Shown here piece by piece: positions 59,201-64,000 of a stretch of 64,000 nucleotides of DNA. The first letter of the stretch is position 1. The number at the start of each line of letters is the position of its first letter. The position numbers and the translations under genes are program-made. Origin of the DNA: an uncultured delta proteobacterium (GTDB lineage: Bacteria > Myxococcota_A > Polyangia > Polyangiales > JAFGIB01); NCBI GenBank assembly GCA_963778655.1, contig CAVZVA010000005.1:192001-256000 (forward strand). The letters run 5' to 3'. Below the pieces are notes generated by a model. The model ran no database searches. It was given only the letters and a program-made list of their open reading frames with translations, and had not been told where the DNA came from.

Positions 59201-59837
59201 GGCCGATGTGACCACCAACGGTCTGGACGGCATCCTCAGCTACACGCTCGACACCAAGCGCCGTGGCATGGGGGACGCCGGCACCTTCTTCCTGGGTGTG
59301 CTCGGCACCTACCTCAACAGCTACAAGATCGAAGGCGCCCGCGTGCTGCGCGAGCAGTTCCGGACCTTGGCTGAGGTGCCCGATCCCGCAAACACTACGC
59401 AGAAGGTGGCGTACGGCCCCGGCGCCGTGCCACGCGGCGCCACCGCGAGCTTCCAGGCCGCTGGCGAGCGCAACCTCGACAACTTCGCCCCGCCGCTGCC
59501 CAAGCTGCGCCTGACCATCCCGCTGCGCTGGAGCTACGGCGATCACACGGTAGGCATCACCGCGCGTTACATCTCGGGCTACCGCGACGGCAGCGAGCAC
59601 ACCGTGTTCGAGCTGGGCCAACCGATGGACATCGCCAGCATGACGGTGTTCGACGTGATGTACGGCTTCGCGTTCGGCGAGCCGAGCTGGCACACGCGCC
59701 TGCAGGTCGGTGTGATCAATGTCTTCGGCACCGATCCGCCGGTGGTCGACGGCTCACTGACCGGCATCGCCTACGAGGTCGGGGTGCACGACCCGCGCGG
59801 CCGCATCGTCTACGCGCGCGCAACGGCGACGTTTTGA
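56265..59837 (+). CDS. TonB-dependent outer membrane receptor
   Basis: Plug TLVLLNGRR, VD.NQIP...IDHVE..K...SSLYGADA.GGVVNV; GFRAPSL.Q; NVFG.DPP..DPRGR..Y; terminal Phe. Confidence 0.93.
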   Translation: MRIGSGMIALAFGAAMTWGTRGVAQQAPSNVRGATAPSAGAAPASPAPPAAETPAAAPRPGTPAETAVPASPAGSAPAAAAARPSPEGSPAPATPPPAPPAAPSPAATAASAGASLSTGAVSVEAAPPVPAAPAPAAHVDAGEGEPKASTPAVPPTAPVIAGSNIRRPLQLYEGTPVIDSPLAVEMQNRDYMQMRRQFTGIAVPDDAAALGLYAPGTSSFLLREQPTLVLLNGRRLISSPMPGPDGADFVDMNQIPISLIDHVEFSKGNQSSLYGADATGGVVNVVTKRTFKGVELDGGAQATDTFSQHTEDVTLTLGTGDQHSGMSSMVSYFTSQPLKATDRPFIEQRADLMESLLSFPGSFRPLSGGRFVVPDPACNLAKNKLGIGAGLETRLPDYGPVPKSGDISSLSYIPQARRTELISEYDSRILNPDGSIARDRDGLLQPDEISTFCTGDFARHYDLVLKEQRIQTYNTFWHGFTKHTEGFGELGYYRNANENRAAPSFPILTGDENVFVPADSGTNDIHQDIPTGGQYSPVPNPLILASRIQGNYQASQINSRRLDVWRGVLGLRGDFKDAAAGSVAESWDWELAGTYSISESISRVPDVITSQLIKALNSCSGATITERQEAGCYNPFFSSALNNAVINPLGVDLPSGVKTSPSINGYPATDTNGNGIQDGGFICDPNDPAHPCPAGFDPANAGTVNTAAVIDRLMGQSTQISKKTLFTLDGVLRGDLFDLPGGKAAYAAGGQARRETLNVDYDETYNQKDYAFLYGGPDVHAPGRDIFAGFGELRLPLVSGLELQGAGRYEHYQKTGGALGASAGLALRPFALGGNRPPEALKYLLVRGGVAHGFRAPSLLQMYGTYTTFEEVYFHELTTFRPYTANGNPHLKFETTDTANAGLQWDFKGAHAELDGWLSKIHNIVATDNPRRLIYDCTAATSDRVDISYRAYAPFGDCPALSISPNQNLVEMNVQFDNMADVTTNGLDGILSYTLDTKRRGMGDAGTFFLGVLGTYLNSYKIEGARVLREQFRTLAEVPDPANTTQKVAYGPGAVPRGATASFQAAGERNLDNFAPPLPKLRLTIPLRWSYGDHTVGITARYISGYRDGSEHTVFELGQPMDIASMTVFDVMYGFAFGEPSWHTRLQVGVINVFGTDPPVVDGSLTGIAYEVGVHDPRGRIVYARATATF

Positions 59838-59965
59838 GCTGATTTCAAAATATCGCTATAGGATTTGGCGAGCCGGTGTAAACGAAATGGGAAAGAGGGT
59901 CCTTTACTTTGAGTAGGGGTCCGCTACTACAGATCACGGCACTGGCCGTTGGGTGGAGGTGAGAC

Positions 59966-61852
59966 ATGAAGCGTATCCCTTGGTTCAGGAAGCGAAAGAA
60001 GACCGCGCCCGAGATTCCGCTGCGGGCACCTTTGCCCGTGGGGCCGCTCTCCAACGGTGAGTTCTTCCATCCCGACAACGAGCGCAAGCAGTTGATCCGG
60101 CGCCTGGTGTTCGAGCACGCCGAGGTCATGGCGCGCAAGCACAACGTCGACCGCCGCGAGTTCCTGGCCAGCGCCGCGGGCATGGCGTCGACACTGGCGG
60201 CGATCAACTTCGTGAACGCGTGCAGCTCCGGGGGCGGCAGCATGGGCTCCTCGGGCGGCAGCCCCAAGATCAAGAGCAGCGGCGGCAGCGGTCAGGGCGG
60301 CTCGAGCGGCGGCGGCAGCACCGGCACGGGGAACGGCAGCGGCGCGGGCAAATCGGGCGGCGCGGGCAGCGGCTCGCCGATCGACGCGGGCGCGAGCATG
60401 GGTCCGTTCAAGATGGACGCCAGCGCAGTTCAGGATCCCGATGCGGCCGAGTGCGCGATCGGCCCATTGATGGGCACGGGTAAAGATCTGATCATTGACA
60501 TGCAGTCGCACTTCGTCAACGACCAGAGCGCCTATCTCACCAACCCACTGATCGGTTCCGCGTTCAACGGCTGGCTTGCAAACATCAAGAACCAGCTCAA
60601 TCAACCGGGCGCGGTGATCATGCCGGACTGGGGCAGCAGCTGCACCGGCAACGCCTGCTACAACCGCGACAACTACGTCCAGATGTTCTTCATGGACAGC
60701 GACACCACCGTGGGCGTGCTCTCCGGCATTCCCTACGTCGCCTGCGCGGGTCAGACCGGCGTCGCCAACTGCGACTTCGCGCCGCTGACCGACGAGGAGA
60801 TCCGCGACGCCAAGAAGTACCTGAACGACATGGTGCCCGGCCGCGTGCTCAGCCACGCGATGGTGATGCCCAACGATCGGCTTCAGGCGCAGCTGATGAT
60901 GATGGAGAAGATCGCTGCCGACTACGACATCAACAACTGGAAGTGCTACCCGGTCTGGGCGCCCAACATGAACGGCGGCTACTGGATGGATGACGAGATG
61001 ATCGGCATCCCGATGATCCAGAAGGGGATCGAGCTGGGGATCAACATCTTCTGCACGCACAAGGGCTTTCCGCTGCCGGGCTTCAGCCGTACCTACAGCG
61101 ACCCCAAGGACATGGGCGTGGTGGCCACGCGCTTCAACCGCAACTCGGAGGAAGGGCACGCGATCTTCGTGGTGTACCACTCGGCCTTCGAGCACGGCAT
61201 CCCGGGCACCAGCGGTCAGGGGACGCCGGACATCGAGGGGCCCTACGATCCCGACGACAAGTGGGAGCCCGACATGGCAGGCGCGCCTCCCAACTCGATG
61301 AAGTACCCGGTCACGCAGGGTGTGAGCAGTCTGATCAAGTCTGCGCTCGACAACGGCATCAAGCCCAACGACCCCGATAATCACCTTTACGCGGAGCTGG
61401 GCGGGGTGTGGCCGTCGCTGGCCGGCGGCGGGCGCATGACCGAGGCCGCGCACGTTCTCGGCAAGTTGCTGCAGTACATCGGCGAGGATCGCGTCGTATG
61501 GGGCACCGACTGCCTGTGGTTCGGCACGCCACGGCCGTTCATCGAGGCCTTCCGCGCGTTCGACATCCCGCAGGAGATGCAGGACAAGTACGGCTACCCA
61601 GCGCTGACGCCCGAGCGCAAGGCCAAGATCCTCGGGTACAACGCAGCCAGGTTGCAGGGCATCAGCTGCAACGTCAGCGACTATCCCGCGCTGCCGATGA
61701 AGGCTCAGCTCGACGGTGAGTGGGGCCAGCGGCGGTACATGATGGCGCCCACCCCCGGCCCGCGGACCCACCGCCAGTTCATGGACTTGGTGCGCGAGGA
61801 GCACCACGAGAAGTTGCGCTGGTCCGGCTACGGCACCTTCAAGCGCGGCTGA
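59966..61852 (+). CDS. Amidohydrolase_2 family protein with twin-arginine motif
   Basis: DRREFL, IIDMQSH, WKCYP, HKGFPL, YHSAF, LYAELG, VVWGTD, KILGYNAARL; GGAGGT RBS. Confidence 0.88.
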   Translation: MKRIPWFRKRKKTAPEIPLRAPLPVGPLSNGEFFHPDNERKQLIRRLVFEHAEVMARKHNVDRREFLASAAGMASTLAAINFVNACSSGGGSMGSSGGSPKIKSSGGSGQGGSSGGGSTGTGNGSGAGKSGGAGSGSPIDAGASMGPFKMDASAVQDPDAAECAIGPLMGTGKDLIIDMQSHFVNDQSAYLTNPLIGSAFNGWLANIKNQLNQPGAVIMPDWGSSCTGNACYNRDNYVQMFFMDSDTTVGVLSGIPYVACAGQTGVANCDFAPLTDEEIRDAKKYLNDMVPGRVLSHAMVMPNDRLQAQLMMMEKIAADYDINNWKCYPVWAPNMNGGYWMDDEMIGIPMIQKGIELGINIFCTHKGFPLPGFSRTYSDPKDMGVVATRFNRNSEEGHAIFVVYHSAFEHGIPGTSGQGTPDIEGPYDPDDKWEPDMAGAPPNSMKYPVTQGVSSLIKSALDNGIKPNDPDNHLYAELGGVWPSLAGGGRMTEAAHVLGKLLQYIGEDRVVWGTDCLWFGTPRPFIEAFRAFDIPQEMQDKYGYPALTPERKAKILGYNAARLQGISCNVSDYPALPMKAQLDGEWGQRRYMMAPTPGPRTHRQFMDLVREEHHEKLRWSGYGTFKRG

Positions 61853-61912
61853 GCAGCGAGATGTCCGGGCGCGCGCGGCGCTGCGCGCGCGCCCGAGCTA
61901 TGCTGCGTCGGG

Positions 61913-64000
61913 ATGCGACGCCTTCCGGCTTGCCTGACGTGCGGGCTGCTCCTGGCGTGCAGCCCGGCGCCGCTGCGCCGGGCGCTCGGGGCAGCGCCCG
62001 TCAAGCCTGCGCGCGCCGGCGAGCGGCCGCTGGCCACGCGCAATGCCGAGCTCGGCGCGCTGATCGGCGCGGCCGCGGTGCGCGAGCCTGCGCCGGCCGG
62101 CTACGGGCTGAGCGGCGCGGGGGTCCAGGTCGGGGTGTGGGACGAGGGCGTCGCGCTCCCGAGCCACGTCGACCTTCGAGGCCGCGTGGTGCCGCGCGAT
62201 CTCGGAGGGCCGGGCGAGCACGCGACGCACACCACCGCCACGCTCGCGGGCAGCGGCGCGGGCCTGGCCGCGGCCCGCGGCATGGCGAGCGCCGCGCGGG
62301 TCTGGGCGTATGACTGGCTGCTCGACAGCAGCGAGATGGAGGACGCGGCCGCGGGCCTGAGCGTGGCCAGCAACGCCTACGGCCCGACCCTGGGCTGGTC
62401 GGTGGCACCCGCCTGCCCCGAGCATCCGATGTGGTGGGGCGGGCAGGACGCTCGCGAAGACCCGGCGTTCGGCCGCTACGGGGCGGACGCCGCCGCAGTG
62501 GACGCCCTGATCGCGCGCACCGACCTGCTGATGGTATGGCCGGCGGGCAACGAGCGTCTCGACAGCGGCGTGTCCGCAGGGCAGCCGCACTTTCACGCCG
62601 GCTCGTGCAGCGAGCTGTTCGAGGACGCGCACCTGCAGGAGCTCACGCTGCAATACCGCACGCTCGGCGGCGCGGCCGTGGCCAAGAACGCGCTCACCGT
62701 GGGCGCTGCGGTCGACGTGGCGCCGGACCAGCTGCGCCCCGAGCGCATCGTGGCCCTCGACATGAGCAGCTTCGGCCCGACCGACGACGGCCGCATCAAG
62801 CCGGAGCTGCTGGCTGGCGGCGAGGCGGTGCGCTCGGCTTCGGCCGAGAACGATCACGCCTACAGCACGTTGAGCGGCAGCTCGAGCGCCACTGCGGCCA
62901 CGGCGGGCGCGATCGCGCTGCTGACCGAGCTGTACCGCAGCACCCACGCGGGTAGCGATGCGCGCGCGGCAGAGATGCGGGCGCTGCTGGTGCAGAGCGC
63001 GCGCGAGGCCGGTGCGCCGGGACCGGACTACGGCCGCGGCTACGGCTTGCTCGACGCGCAGGCGGCAGCCGATCTGATCGCCGCCGACGGCGCGCGCGGC
63101 GGGCCGGCGCGGGCGTTGCAGGTGGCGGCGCTCGACGACAGCGGGCCGCAGACCTTTGTGACCGAGCGCGTCGAGCCCGGTACGCCGCTGCGCGTCACGC
63201 TGGCCTGGACTGATCCGCCGGCGCGTCCGAGCAGTGGCGCGCTCGACGATGCCATGCCGGCCCTGGTCAACGACCTCGACCTCGTGCTGATCGGGCCCGA
63301 CGGCACGACCGCGCGCCATCCGTGGTCGCTCGATCCGGCGCGGCCGGGCGCACCGGCCACGCGCGACGGTCCCAACCGCCGCGACAACCTCGAGGTCGTC
63401 GACGTGGATGCCGCGCAGAACCCCGAGGGCGGGTCCTTCAGCGTGCGCGTGGAGGCTCACGGCGCGCTGCTGCGCGGCCGGCCCCAGCCCTTCGCGCTCG
63501 CGTCGAGCGTGGCGCTCGCGCCGCCCGCGCAGCCTGTGCTCGCGGCGCCGCGCTACGTGCAGGTCGTGGCCGCCGCCGGCGACCCGCCCGCGCCGGCGCT
63601 GGCGCGGCTCGGCAACCGCGGCGGCGGCACGCTGCGCTTCACCGCCCGCTCGCTCAGCCCGTGGCTCGCGGTCAGCCCGCAGAGCGGCACTGCGCCGGCC
63701 ACGCTGATGTTGGAGGTCGACCCGGCCGTGCTCGACGCCGGCAGCGAGCTGCTCGGGCGCGTTGCGATCGACAGCGACGACGCCTCCGGTACGCGCGTGC
63801 TCGGTGTGATCGCGCGCCGCCAGTGCGCGCCCGATTGCAGCGGACGCAGCTGCGGGCCCGACCCGCGCTGCGGCCAGAGCTGCGGCGGCTGCAGCGCGGA
63901 GCAATACTGCAGCGACGGTCAGTGCACGCCGTGGGCCGCGAGTTGCCCGCAGGCCACGCTGGGCAGCGCGCTCGGGCTTGCGCTGGCGAGTGGCAGCGGC
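61913..64000 (+). CDS. S8 (subtilisin-like) serine peptidase lipoprotein, partial (runs off window)
   Basis: Frame not in ORF track, read manually: MRRLPACLTCGLLLAC, GVWDEG, HATH, PAGNE, SSFGPTDDGRIKPE, SGSSSA, GYGLLD, LAWTDP, LVNDLDL; Cys-rich tail. Confidence 0.9.
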   Translation, partial: MRRLPACLTCGLLLACSPAPLRRALGAAPVKPARAGERPLATRNAELGALIGAAAVREPAPAGYGLSGAGVQVGVWDEGVALPSHVDLRGRVVPRDLGGPGEHATHTTATLAGSGAGLAAARGMASAARVWAYDWLLDSSEMEDAAAGLSVASNAYGPTLGWSVAPACPEHPMWWGGQDAREDPAFGRYGADAAAVDALIARTDLLMVWPAGNERLDSGVSAGQPHFHAGSCSELFEDAHLQELTLQYRTLGGAAVAKNALTVGAAVDVAPDQLRPERIVALDMSSFGPTDDGRIKPELLAGGEAVRSASAENDHAYSTLSGSSSATAATAGAIALLTELYRSTHAGSDARAAEMRALLVQSAREAGAPGPDYGRGYGLLDAQAAADLIAADGARGGPARALQVAALDDSGPQTFVTERVEPGTPLRVTLAWTDPPARPSSGALDDAMPALVNDLDLVLIGPDGTTARHPWSLDPARPGAPATRDGPNRRDNLEVVDVDAAQNPEGGSFSVRVEAHGALLRGRPQPFALASSVALAPPAQPVLAAPRYVQVVAAAGDPPAPALARLGNRGGGTLRFTARSLSPWLAVSPQSGTAPATLMLEVDPAVLDAGSELLGRVAIDSDDASGTRVLGVIARRQCAPDCSGRSCGPDPRCGQSCGGCSAEQYCSDGQCTPWAASCPQATLGSALGLALASGSG

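Noticed and set aside
59838..59965. Riboswitch or Fur box in the AT-rich spacer
   Set aside because: No match by eye to cobalamin, TPP or c-di-GMP consensus or to a Fur box; an Rfam scan would be needed

Overview
High-GC (roughly 70% by eye) bacterial chromosome segment, most consistent with a myxobacterium (Myxococcota). This is inferred from TIGR02266/PilZ proteins, a Ser/Thr kinase-AAA protein, an rpoN-PTS(Ntr) cluster and an ATC-start infC. 1-20 kb: mixed envelope, glycosylation and signalling genes (TPR protein, AI-2E transporter, RNase HI, YfhO-like GT-C, deacetylase, kinase, esterase, GT2, mannose-6-P isomerase, NUDIX, REC-GGDEF). 20-45 kb: housekeeping core (rpoN-hpf-ptsN-rapZ-HPr-EI, rplM-rpsI, tRNA-Val-thrS-infC-rpmI-rplT-pheST-ihfA-merR-like-tRNA-Pro-surE-apt). 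45-50 kb: a plasticity zone next to tRNA-Arg(CCT). It holds an IS66 transposase fragment cut at the boundary of a RAYT-type HUH transposase unit, which carries 23-bp inverted terminal motifs and nested tandem duplications, plus decayed genes. 50-64 kb: B12 radical SAM, outer-membrane and lipoproteins, a PHM-like copper monooxygenase, a TonB-dependent receptor, a Tat-type amidohydrolase and an S8 peptidase running off the end. A separate 25-bp REP-like repeat family sits at gene 3' ends. No CRISPR array or rRNA seen. All product calls come from motif recognition by eye, not database searches. Start codons were re-picked manually and are approximate.
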